A stretch of 64,000 nt of DNA from Raillietiella orientalis (Eukaryota), in contig JAYWIR010000007.1 of NCBI GenBank assembly GCA_036172245.1, positions 4,526,001 through 4,590,000 of the forward strand, written 5' to 3'. Position numbers and translations under genes: made by a program. Below are positions 1 to 11,600 of this stretch, in pieces. The notes under the pieces were generated by a model. That model searched no databases, was not told where the DNA came from, and saw only the letters and a program-made list of their open reading frames with translations. Numbering within the stretch: the first letter of the stretch is position 1; the number at the start of each line of letters is the position of its first letter.

Positions 1-2081
1 GAAGGGAAGCGAATTTCAATGTGAAAGGAAGCGAGAGATAACGGCGGGATTGGGACGCTCGGGACCAAGGCGGGGAGTACACGCGCGGGGCGCCTCCCAT
101 TTCAATGAGACGCTTTTAGAAACACTCAGGCCGTGCACACATCTGAGGTCACCTTCACCTGAGGTCGCCGCGACACTTCTGGGCGTCCACTCGCGTGCCC
201 AAGATCGAACTGGATCTTTTGGCATTTCTCCTCGCCTCCTGGGGAACTGGACCAGGACGCCTTTGCTTTTGCTGAAGACTCTCCTTTGGAATTCACTTTC
301 CCCCTTCGCAGCAGACGCGAGATGAAGCATCCGCTGAAAACAATCTCGCGGAGCTGCTGCTGGGATCCGCAGGCATCCTTCCTTGCCAGCGTTCATCATC
401 CGTCAGCATCCCCTACGCTTTCACTCACGCGAGCGCCTTTATTTTATTTTTCATCTTTTTGAAAAGGAAGATGTGTAGACAAACAGATTCTCCTCCCTGC
501 TGCTTGCTCTCTCATCCCCTCGTCTCTTCGGCAGGCGAAGTGGGGATCCTTCTCGGAACCCGCCTTTTCCCGGAATCCGCCATCCGGGACGTCCTGGTCG
601 CGCGCCGAAAAACCTCTCCCGGCGCGTTGCGAAATCCCGAGCGGTCCAGCACCGCCATCCGACCCAAGAGAGGCAAATCCGTGCGGGCGGAATGAAACCG
701 CCGATTGCATAAGAGGCGACTTCCAGGACGAATTTCCGACGAAAGCCTTCTCGTTTTCATTAAGGCAGGAATTTCCTCCGTGATAGTGCTGTCCTTCTCG
801 CGTCTGCCCGGGACGGACAGAAAGTTATCGCTCGGATGAAGGGAACGGCCGGATGTGCAGATTCGGCCTCCGTGAAGAGGTTCGGACGCGCGCGTCCGCC
901 TTCTTCTCCTTCTTCGACGGATTCTTGGAACGCGCAGCATCGGCCGCATCCTGGATCGCCTCCGGACCCCTCCCTCCCCCCTTGCTTCCTGGATGTACCC
1001 AAAAGAGACCCCCGAGAGCGAGAGAAGCACTTGGGGTGCTTTCGCCTGCAGCCGACAGTGTCGCGCGGGAAGTATTCTCCGGGTGTATTCTTCCTTTAGT
1101 CGCTCGTGAACGTCTGTCAGCAGGCAGGTTTCCAAGGAGCAAAGGAGGAGAGAGGGTGCAGGGGAGAGGGGGGGAGAGGGTGTGTGTGTGTGGGGGGGGG
1201 GGGAAGGTAATAAATAAAACGCATGCCCTATTTATTCCAAATGCTAATTGAGATCCCAATCTAAGGATCCATATTAATCCTGAGGCGGTCGTTTGCGTCA
1301 CCATCGTCACGGCAATCGGCAGGTCACGCCGAGAAGCTCTCTCTTTTTGTGCAGAAGTGGAATCAAACGAAAATCTCCTTCCCGAGTTCGGTCTTCTTAT
1401 CTCCGCGGCGGTGCTTCTCCTGGAATGTCTTCGATTGCGTCGCCGCCCGCGCACGCCGCGTCCGCCAAGCGAATTCTGAAGCGTCCATCCGCGAGTTTTC
1501 CTTTTTGCCCCCCCACCGTCATCCCACGAACGCATTCAGGACCGCTACGGCTGCTGTTCATCAGAGATTTTTCTTCCCGAGTCACCCAACTCGCGACAGA
1601 CGCGAGTTTTTCGCACATGCATCAAATTCTGGCGAGCGGATCGTAAACTTTCACCCAAATCCCTGCTTTTCGATTCGTTTCCCTTTATTTATTTATTTTT
1701 CCCGTGGACCTGACGTTGGGGATTCTTCTGCCGGCCGAGGCACCACCGTGCGCGTCCCATTAAAGGAGCGATGCTCAGCCGGGGAGTGCCGGAGGCGCTC
1801 CTCTAAATCAAATGGGGCACACCCTGGTCTTTCGGGTTGCGACGGTCGTCCCCCCGAAAGAGCGTTTTCCCGGGTGCGCGGGGACGCCTCGGCTGCCGTT
1901 CGAAGGTGTGGGGGGCGAGTTGTGGACTGCAGAGTGCCCGGGGGCCGTCCAGGCGGGGGGGGGAGAACGTGCGCGTTTCCGTGCTGGGAGAGAGAGAGAG
2001 AGAGGCCTCCGGAGCCGCGTTCCTCGGGAGTCCCGGAAACGCCGGCCGGATTCGAGGGGCGTGGGGCGCGCCAGCCAGCCG

Positions 2082-2137
2082 CCACCACCACCACCACCAC
2101 CACCACCAGCACCAGCACCACCACCAGCACCACCACC
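2082..2137. repeat. (CCA)n microsatellite with GCA interruptions
   Basis: Directly visible, upstream of the Mae-like gene. Confidence 0.9.
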
Positions 2138-2983
2138 CTCGGCGACGCATCTCTCCCCCCCCGCGGATTCGTTCGGTCGCCTGGCGCACGCACCGCACGT
2201 TCGGCGTCGCACGAGGAGTTTACGCTTAGGAATGTTGAAGGTTTGCAAGAAGGGAGGGGGAGGGAGGGAGGGAGGGTGGGGGAGCAACCCTCAAAGGTGT
2301 CCGTGTGGCGGATCGCAGCATTTTGCATGCACTGTTTCACGCAAAATCGCGCTTTCATCCCGCGCTCATCCTCGGGGAATTTTTTTTTTTTTTTTTTTCC
2401 TTTTGCGACAAAGTTTCACTGTCAATCACGGAGGCAATCCCTGGCGGCTGTCGAGGCACCACGGATGGAGAGGGTGGCTAATAATAAACCTCATCAAAAA
2501 ATCGACGCACTCTGGGATTCTGCGTGGAGCACCACCCTGTCGTGCCGTGCCGTGTCGCCGGACCCCCGGAATCTCGTGGCCGTTTTCGGGGTCCCGGCCG
2601 AAAAATCCGACGAAGAGGATGGGGGTGGGGCGGGGGGGGGGGGGGGGAAGAGAGCCGGCGGGATGCTGGCGCGCGAGCGGGTGAGAGCGTCCTCTTTCTG
2701 CCATGCTCCTGCGTCCCGAGGGGCCTTCCGGTGAGCCCCCCAGAAGGAGTAGCCAGTGCGCGGGCGCCAGATTCGCGACATGGCCGGCGGTTCCTCGTGC
2801 CCTGGCGCCCGCTCTGCGCCGCCACCGCTTTCCGCGCGCGAGGGAGCTAACGGATGCTGCCGCCGCCGCCGCCGGATCGCCTCGCCCGCGGTTCCCTCCT
2901 CCTCCTCCCCCTCCTCCCCCTCCCTCGGCCGCCGCGCGAATCCCAATTTCCATGCGGAAGCGTGTCGCCAGGATGAGCGAGGA

Positions 2984-3682
2984 ATGGAAGCGCAGTCGCT
3001 GATTACCGACGGCAGCGATGCAGCTGCGTGCTATCTGCGGCGGAAAAAGGCGACGTGTGTTTGCGTAGGTGCGGCGACGAGACCGAACTCCACCGGCGTA
3101 AACCTGGATATTGATGTTTTGCAGACCATGTAAGTCGCCCCTGCCTGCATGCCGCGTTGCCAAGGAATCTCCCCGATTCCCGAATGTTCGTGAGCGCCCC
3201 GATTTTTCATTTTCTTTCCTCCTCCTTCTCCTCGTACCCCGCGTTCCTGCGTGTGGTTTGTGTGTGTATTCCTCTTCTTCTTCCCCCCCCCCCCTCCCCT
3301 CCACTGCAAGCATGGATCGATTCAACGGCTGCACGTTATCTGCGGTTGGAACTCGACGATATGTTTATTATTATTATTATTATTATTTTATTCTCCCCCC
3401 CCCCTCCCTTGCACGGCTGGGAATGCCGGATCGCACTTGGTCGCACACCTCGCGCTTTTATACCGAGCTGCGGATTGTAATTTTAGCCTGCATCGCGATT
3501 GTTGGGCTATTTCGGGACCGCACCAGAAACACGCGCCTAATTGTAACCACGGCAACCGGGATGATAAATTAAGTGATCCCAATAACAATGGTTATCGATT
3601 TCGCTTGGCGCGATTTTTCCCGTGTTCCCGTCCGTCTGCGGTCCGCGTAGGTCACGGCGAGGATGGCTCTCCGTCTCCTGCA
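2984..3682 (+). CDS. Putative upstream exons of the Mae-like gene (2984-3129 and micro-exon 3651-3682)
   Basis: Strong gtaagt donors at 3130 and 3683 and an acceptor cgtag ending at 3650. Phases (2, then 1) join in frame to the 4223/4226 exon, giving MEAQSLITDG...VLQTMSRRGWLSVSC-. An alternative start ATG at 3114 (MFCRP) also fits if the micro-exon is skipped. No homology support. Confidence 0.4.
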
Positions 3683-4225
3683 GTAAGTCCCATCATTACG
3701 TGTGTGTGTGTGTGTGTGTGTGTTGCACGCTCAGATATCTCTGTGCTCTGAAAGACGTTTTGCCACCCATCTTTGCCGTCCGTTTTCACCCCCCTCCCCC
3801 CTCCTTTTTTTTTTCTTTTCCTTTTTTTTTTTTAAAAAAAAAAAGAAAAAAAGAGAGAGCGGGAGGGGAGAGAGAAACTGAGAACCAGTTTTCACCCGTG
3901 TTAAAATAGTTTCATGCTATCGAAATCGGATTGCATTCCAGTTCTTTGCTTCCCCTTTTCCAAGTGCGAAATGGTCTTGAACCGATGGTTTGGCAGGTTG
4001 TAAAGGTTCCATCGTTTCCCTTGATCCCCCCCCCCCCCATATTGCCGGCCGTTCAGCTGAATAAAAAGTGGACGGAACCCAAGCCCCCCCCCCTCCCCCG
4101 CATGAGTGTGTTTTGTTGCTGCTGCTGCTGCTGTTGCGCGCGCGCGCGTAGTATGTTTGTGTACACTCACAAGGAAAGGACATAATGCAATCGTATTCTC
4201 AGTTGTATATGCGTTACACCAGCAG

Positions 4226-4983
4226 ATGCCCCAGAATTCAAAATGCATGTCGGAGCTGCCGTCGTTCCCGATCTTTCTCACTCGCATCCAGCCTGGAGGT
4301 CCCAAGAATTCCACAGAGACGCACATCTGAGTTCGACTAAGCGCAGTCAGCTGCCAGGGGGTATGTGGCTCACCTCATCATATTTTGGATGTTTTCTTGA
4401 AAGCATTAATTGCTCGATGCTAATCGCGGAGGGCGAGCTTTTCGCTCCGAAAGTGAAAGACGGCGGCGCGGTGCTCGCATAAGAGGAGCTGCCGAGGAAA
4501 CGCCGGCGTTCCGCGCAGCATCCGAGCGGAAGTTCTGCTTCGTGGCCAAGGGTTTCCTCTCGGAGAGTGAAACGAATCCCCTTGGCCATCCGTGCAATCC
4601 GCTCGTCCTCGGCGTAAGAGGGGGGGGGGGGGGCAGAAAACGCCGGTGTTTGTGGGGGAGGGGAGGGGGGGAGGGTCCGCGCGCGCTTGTCAAAGTGCTG
4701 CTGCATCTGGGAGCGGCGGCGGCGGCGGCTGTATAATGCAGATTGTGCTGAACTTGCAGATCCCCGGTCTTGGACCCGGAGCGAAGTGCAGCAGTGGGTG
4801 ATGGAAGTTTGCCATAACCACGGATTGCCTACGGTGCCGAGTGATCGTTTCCAAATGAACGGCAAAGCGCTGTGCTTGATGACCTTGCCCATGTTTGTGC
4901 ACCGAGTACCTGTCGGAGGCAAACTCCTGTTCAAAGATTTCCAAAGCCGCCTACATAAAGCCATGCTGACCTCCTCAGTATAA
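4226..4983 (+). CDS. edl: SAM/Pointed-domain-only protein, Mae/Edl-like (last two exons, 4226-4360 and 4760-4983)
   Basis: Splicing G|gtatgt (4361) to ttgcag|AT (4759) gives QLPGDPRSWTRSEVQQWV...FQMNGKALCLMTLPMFVHRVPVGGKLLFKDFQSRLHKAM. From memory this closely matches the Drosophila Mae SAM domain (LPLDPRDWTR...MNGKALCLMSL.M...RVPVGGKMLY.DF..RL.RAM). TAA at 4981-4983 follows the domain directly, so there is no downstream ETS domain. The acceptor is a tandem CAGCAG, so the exon could start at 4223 or 4226. Confidence 0.85.
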
Positions 4984-5136
4984 CGTTCCTCTTAATGGTA
5001 GATTCGTGGTAGCGATTGACTAGCTTTGGATGACTTAAGTAGATGAACAGGAAGAAGGGAATTACAGTGCCCAAAGAAAAGAAGGAGAACGAATCCCCCC
5101 CTCCCCCTCCTTCCCTCCCTCCCTCCCTCCCCTCCC

Positions 5137-5192
5137 AAGAAGAAGAAGAAGAAGAAGAAGAAGAAGAAGAGGAAGAAAAAAAAAAAAAAAAA
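5137..5192. repeat. (GAA)n followed by an A run
   Basis: Directly visible, in the probable 3' UTR of the Mae-like gene. Confidence 0.9.
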
Positions 5193-5631
5193 CCTTATTA
5201 TGTGAACCCTGGCAATATTCTGGTACATGACTTTTCAACTCCAGTGACTGATCTTTCCTGCTCTTTGTGTGCCACTTTTCTGTATTTGATTTTACCTCTT
5301 TATGGTTTTGATGTTTGGATTTAGAAGTGCCCTTTTAAAATTGCGATTTATGACCGAACTTCATCTGTTTTTGTTATCCTTTTCAAATTAGAAAGGACAC
5401 TTCCTGGCTATTAAACGCTCTTTCGTTGGACGAATTTTCTCCTGCACTCTCGATTGCACGCAGCTTCTTTTCTCTTTCCCTCCCTCCCCCCCCCCCCTCT
5501 CCATCCTTCCGTTTCCAAGATGGGCACGCCGTTGTGTTTTGGAAATCGTCGAAATGTTTGTTACCACCACCCATTCAACACTTCTAGTCATGTTATGATG
5601 TTTGCTGAATAGATACGAAAAAATGAGAAAA

Positions 5632-5635
<4 letters not shown>

Positions 5636-5664
<29 letters not shown>
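5636..5664. repeat. (GT)n microsatellite (others at ~3700-3723 and ~48081-48107)
   Basis: Directly visible. Confidence 0.9.
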
Positions 5665-5667
<3 letters not shown>

Positions 5668-8600
5668 TCCCCTCCTCTTTTTTTTTTTTTTTTTTCCTTT
5701 TTGGAGGTGGGGTGGGGTGGGGGGGCGGCTTGGTGCGTCGGCCGGCCCGGCGCGTGCACCACCACCACGGTGTCGCCCCTGGTGGTGGTGGTGTCGGGTC
5801 AGGGCAACGTCGATTTCCTGACCCGAGTGCTGCTGCTGCTGGCGCAAACACGGAAAAAGGACCAGAAAGGCGAACAAAAACGGCGCGCGACATCCCTGCT
5901 CTGGAGCCCAATTATAGATTCATATCATGTATAAAAAGTAGATTTGCGCTGAATAGCCAGGATGTATTAAGCTGATTATTATACAAGGATGTCCTGTATC
6001 CTGCATATGCAAAGATGGGAAGAACAGGCTATTAAGTTACGAAACACTTGAATGGCATTATTAATTGAGGGAGGGAAGTCCCGAAACCTCTCGGTATTCG
6101 CTTATTTATATCCGTTACCGAAATAAGAAGGAAGAGGAAACGGCAAACGGATTAGGGAAAATACTTCCGGGATATCACAGATGTGTTGTTGGTGGGATGG
6201 TCGGAGCTAACTACAGGGGACCGGGATAATCGTTTCCTCATTGTTGCTGCCTGTTGACCACGCTGGAGAACCTTAATGTGCGCCATTACGCTTCGCACCG
6301 GGGATGGGCGGTGGGCGGCCGCCGGTGATGGACGGCCGAGCGCGAACGTCGGCTGACGTCCTCCTGCGCGGAGGAGCAACGACTTCGGTGTTTACGTCGG
6401 AGGAGTGTGCAAAAGAGCTCTCCAAGCCGTGGAAGCCGTGCGATGCAGGCGACGCATCCCCTCCCCTCCCCCCCCCCCCCGAACCTTAAATGGATGCCGG
6501 GGGGCGTCTTCGGGACAGTTTGCACAGGGTTCACCCGTTTCTTGATCTCCGTGCTGGGGTTTCGCGAATGCGGCTGCTCCTTGCGTTGCCCTTTGAAGGT
6601 GGGAGGGGGGGGGGGCATTCCTACTGGAAAGGACCGCGCCTATCTGTGTTCCTCTGCGCGTGTGTTTTTTGCATCTTGATGGTGCCCTGCGTTATCGTTC
6701 TGATTTGTAAACGGCGCGATTCCGAAGTGTGTCGGGTCTGATCATTGGAGCACATCGGCCTGTTCCGGGAAAAAGCCGAGCCCGACCACCGCATGGCATC
6801 GGATGGAGATGTGTATCAGTCCGGTCGTGTCTCGCAGCTTCGGGGATGCTGCGAGAATTCGGCGCTCTCTCTCTTTGCAAGTTGCATCCGCTCAGCAGAT
6901 CGCAAGCTCACAGCTTGTCGGGAAAATTACGGGTCATCTGTTTCTGTTGCCGTGGATCTGCCCGTGCTGGTGGGCCCTCTAGGGAGCCTTCTTCTGGTGG
7001 TGGTCTTTTTTTTTTTTTTAAAAAAAAAAAGAAGGCCTTCATTCATGAAGTTGTGATCCGCGCGCACACCCGAAGGTTACGTTTCGCAGCGTTGCATCAT
7101 CTCATTCACTTTTCATCAGCATTAAATGTAGACGAGATGGAAAGGCAAGTATTTGCAAGCATATAAATGAGATAAGATCGCTCCGATTGTGCTTCGAGAT
7201 GCAGTGTCAAGGGAAGTGTAAATTGATGCAATTAAATTTCGAGGCATTCGCAGCAGAGATGATCCCTGTGGATGCATGCTGTACCGTCTGGCCGGGCTTC
7301 TCTTTTGGATGTTTTATGATCTCGCTCCTGATCACAGATTAGCATTCGTCTGAGGTGGAACTGAAATTGCTGCGAGCAGGTCGAAACAGACCCGTCCTGT
7401 CTTCCCCCATCTCCCCACCCCCCACCCCGTCTTTGTGACGGTATGATAGACGGATTCTTATTTCAATCAGGAGAACGGTACTTCCTCATCCTTTTAGGAA
7501 ATGGAAATGCACTCCAGTAGTTCTTTAGAAGGGCTTTTTTTTTTTTTTCGGGTATCCTTTGCCCTTCATCCCATTAAGCGCAAATTTATTGCCGAGAATA
7601 ACTCAGTCGCCTGGCCTTATGTATGCGTTTATGTAGGTGCTGGAATGGCTTAGTTGGTATCGTCAATTTTCGGATAGCGACCGGTGGTGGCGGCGGTTTG
7701 GTACAGACGCAACCGTTCCTCTATGAAGAGCTCTTTTGCACGCTTTTGGGAAGTTTTGCCTGCTGCTCCCGGTGTAAGAGGAACAACAACGCTGTCATTT
7801 TTTTAAGGCGGTGCCATTCCAGCATCCTTGTTGTCGAGAGCAACCGAACGGCATCTACAGACAAGTGCGCATGCAGAGAAGAATCTTGTTTAAAATTCTG
7901 CCCGTACGTTTGTTAGACGATGGCACTGTTTTGTATTTTCTGCGGCTTCCGCACCAAGAAGAGTCTTTGAATCCCTTCGCGAGGTTCGATCCGTGTTTTT
8001 TCTTTTGTGTGCGCGCGCGTTTTCCGTTGGACCAGCAGGTCCGGGAACAGCAATTAACGGGGAAAAAGGAAGCCATAAAAGAAAACGTGAAAATGAAACG
8101 GAAGCTGAGCGTGTGGACAGACATTCTCGGAAACGAGGGGGTTTGATTCTTGGAGAAGGAATGAGTGCAAAGCCAGCCGAGTAGCTGCCTACTCGGCTTT
8201 CGGATTATGTAGCAGTTACCTACGACATAGCCAGAAAGGTTCAAGTGGGGCGGGGAGGGTCCGCAGGTTTCTCCTGTTCGGTCGGCATCACATCTCATCT
8301 GGGCAGAAATGTCGAGCCGCAAATGAGAGAGATGGACGACGCGAAAGCACCGTCATCCATCCACCAAGCGCAAATGCGAATTCGCTGCGGCCTTTAGAGG
8401 AAAGCATCAGAAGAGAGGACGCGTCGGGACGAATAACGCACTCGCAAGACCGAAAATACATTCTCGGGCTCGGAGGGCAAGTCGTGTGTCCGCGAGCAGG
8501 AAGAGCAAGACGACAGCACGTTAAAATGGCAATGACGGGAGCGTTCCGGAGCTGCCAGCCCGGGGGCTCCGAAACCATCGAAGCTCCCCCGGTCCTCTGA

Positions 8601-11600
8601 CTTGCCTGCCCCGAGCGTGGATCGTCACACGGAATTGTGGGCGTCTCTCCCCCATCCTTTTCGTTTTCTTCCGCGCGTGCGGACGGTCGGCGAAAAATCA
8701 GCGCAAGGCAGCTCCAGGGAGAATCATCCGAGGTTCCGGAACTCGAAAATCAAGGTCCGTCTCCGGAATAAGATTCCGGAGAATCATCGTCACAGGCAGG
8801 GAGGGAAAAGGAGACAGCGGGAGCAGGGCTTCTGGAAACATTTGGAAGAGAAACAATGGAGGAGAATGGGTTCTCAAATGCTACCGGCAAAATACCCATA
8901 CAATGTGGCGAAAGTGAACAACAAAGGAGCATCGGAGGCGAGAAAAGTGGGGTCGAAACAGGAAGATAAACTGCTCCCCACTCGCCGCTTCGGAAAGGAC
9001 CGCAGAGGCTATCAAAGACGAGAACGAAAAAGACTGGAATTCATTTCGAAGTCAACGGGATGGGGGGGGGGCGTTCCCACGGAATGGAGGATTCGACAAG
9101 AAGACCACGTGATCGGCCTTCAGCCATCCTGAGAGGGGAAGAACGAGAGCAGGGAGGCGAGCCGGTGGCCGCTTGGCAAATAAAGAGGTCTAATCGTGAA
9201 GCATCGAGAGACGACACATCAGGCGACGGCCTCTTGAGACGGAAAGGAAAGGGAGAGCGAAGACGCGGATCGCAGGGCGCGCGCGGAGGAACGCGCGGGA
9301 TTGGCGCCGCCGAAGGAATTCACCTCTGCAGGCGGTCCGGCGCGGTCACCGAGAGCAACATTCCTTAAAACAGGATGGCGCGCGAAACTCGTTGCTCAGC
9401 GCTGCCACATCCTGGAACGCTGGGGGGGTGGGGTGGAACCAGAGCAGCGAGGACGCAGAGCGACCAACACGGCACTTGCCTCAGCGGTCCAGCAGCATCC
9501 CAACGGTAGGAGCGCAGCAGCTGCTGTGCCAGCAGTCGGCGGCGAGTGCTGGCGTTTGAGTGAATCGCGAGTTGTGATCGCCGTCGCCTTGACAAACGAC
9601 GTCGACGGCGCTTCCTAGCCAACGCTTGCGAAAGTTTTGCGTGGCTAGAAAGCAGCCGCGCGTGGAAAGCTTTGCTGGAATCTTCGTGAGGAATCTTTCA
9701 AGTGGTCCGGGACGACTCCACCAGGGAAAAGGGGAAAGCAGAGGAGAAGCGTCGGAAGCGATCGAGCAGGAAAAGCTCGCACAGCGGCGACAAGAAGCCT
9801 GGCTTTCTCCACAGGCAGTTTTCCCACGCAGCCTTCGCAGATGGCGCTGGACGTGGTAGGGTCGTTCGATCCCTTCGCATTTCGGTTGGCTCGGTTGGAC
9901 GCCAGCGCGGACAGCGCTTTCCTCTGTTTCGAGGAACGCGAAGCGGAATTGTCCGGGACTCCCGGGAACCTCACGCACCACCGCTTGAGTGAGGCCCTCT
10001 GCGCCGTTTCTTGCGTGGCAGCTGCAGAGCTCCCAGGATCTGAGGGGAGGGGCATCTGGGATTTGCGTGCGCCGAAAAAATGACCCCCAAGCAGCGCAGA
10101 GGGGATGGAGGCATGTCTCCATCCTCCGTTTCTAGGGGGTCCCTGCTCCCGCCGATGGCTTCCCTGAGGAAAGCGCAGGATCTTCCCAGAGGTCATCTTT
10201 CCGTCCTCCTCCCTCCATCGTCTCTCTCTGCCGCAGTCGTCCATCGCGATCCGCTTCTGCACCCCCGACGCTGCTTTCCCGACGGTCTCCGCGGCGCCGT
10301 TTCACCCGGCAGGATGTCCAGGAGCGACTCTTCGGCGAGGCAGAAGGAACGCGACAGTGGCTGCGTCGAAGAACGCGTCCTCAACGCTTTTCCAGGTGGC
10401 AAGACGCCAGTTCCGCGGGCGGTGCCAAAAGGGACTCGGCAGCAGGAAGAGGAGGACAAAGGCGGGGGCGCAAAGCGGATGCCGGATGCTGCGGAAAGGA
10501 TTCGGGGAGAAAAAGGCAGGGTCATCACGACGCAGGGGAGGAAGAACGCTGAAGGCGCTCTCGCGCTTGCCGGCGACTGGCGATGGCGGCGACGAGCCGC
10601 GACCCACTCATCGGGACCCCTGCTCGTTCCCGGTCCACAGGAGGAAGGGCTGAAGGTTTTTTTTTGGAGACGCTAAACTCGACAGGGGCCGCTCTCGAGG
10701 ACGGTTTCCGGCTCCTGCCGGCCAGGCTTCCTCCATCGGAAACCCCGGGTTCGGCAAGGCTGCTCTTGAGTTCACGCTGCCCATCCCCGTTCTCCACCCA
10801 TTCCCGAGGCTATAGGTGGTGGTGATGGTGGTGGGCGGTGGGCGGTGAGGGCATTTCACCCTGGCTCTTCCCCCTCCCCTCCACGCCACGCTACACCGCT
10901 CTTCTCTTTTCGTTTCGAGGGGGCCGTCGGGTTTCTTCTTCGGGCCTCAGGAACTCGGCAGCCGTCCCCCGAGGCGTTCGGGGACGCGCTCTCAGGAAAG
11001 AAGGGAAGCATTCAGGGAAAGCTCGCCTTCCCTGGCTGCTCAAGAGGTCTCCTTCCGCTCTTCCTCGGAGGTTCGTTGGGGGGGATCTTCTGTTCGGAGC
11101 CTCCGGAAACCGAAAGAGGGGGAGGGACGCGAGCCCTTCCGCCCGCATCCCCCGCTAGCGGCGTCCTTGAGGTTCTTCGTGGAGGCGTCTGCGAGCCGCC
11201 CACCTTTGCTCATAAGCAGAGAGAGCGCCCTTCCCCCGGATGGGCGCGGTCAAAAATGAGCAGATCGTCGTGGGGTCCCGCAGGCGAAGCCTCTCAAAGC
11301 CGCTCCCCGACTCTGGGCGGGCATGACCTCTTCCTCCTCCTCCCCCGTCCGCGGCCGCCTCCGGTCTGGTCCGCACGTATGTCTCGTAGGACTTGCGGCA
11401 GAGGTCGCCCCCGCTCCGCCGCCGACACTCCGCGGGGGAGCCACGTGGCATCTCTTCGCGACGTCCCCTACCCTCCCATCCTTCCGAAGAGCAGGCGCCG
11501 CCATCCCCCGAGCAACAGCAAGGCTGCCGCGGCAGCTGGCGAACTCGCGCGGGTCTTCCAGGCAAGGGAACACCTGTCCCTTCGACTCCGCCCGCGGCCA

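Noticed and set aside
1349..2734. 461-aa ORF
   Set aside because: R/G/P/A-rich, runs through microsatellites and T/G homopolymers, has no domain, and all six frames are open, as expected at this GC content.
4687..4983. Full ETS transcription factor (Yan/TEL/Pointed)
   Set aside because: A stop follows the SAM domain, and I found no ETS-domain exon elsewhere in the window.
7620..7920. Possible minus-strand exon after a tgtag acceptor
   Set aside because: All three frames hit stops within about 45 codons, with no homology and no partner exons.
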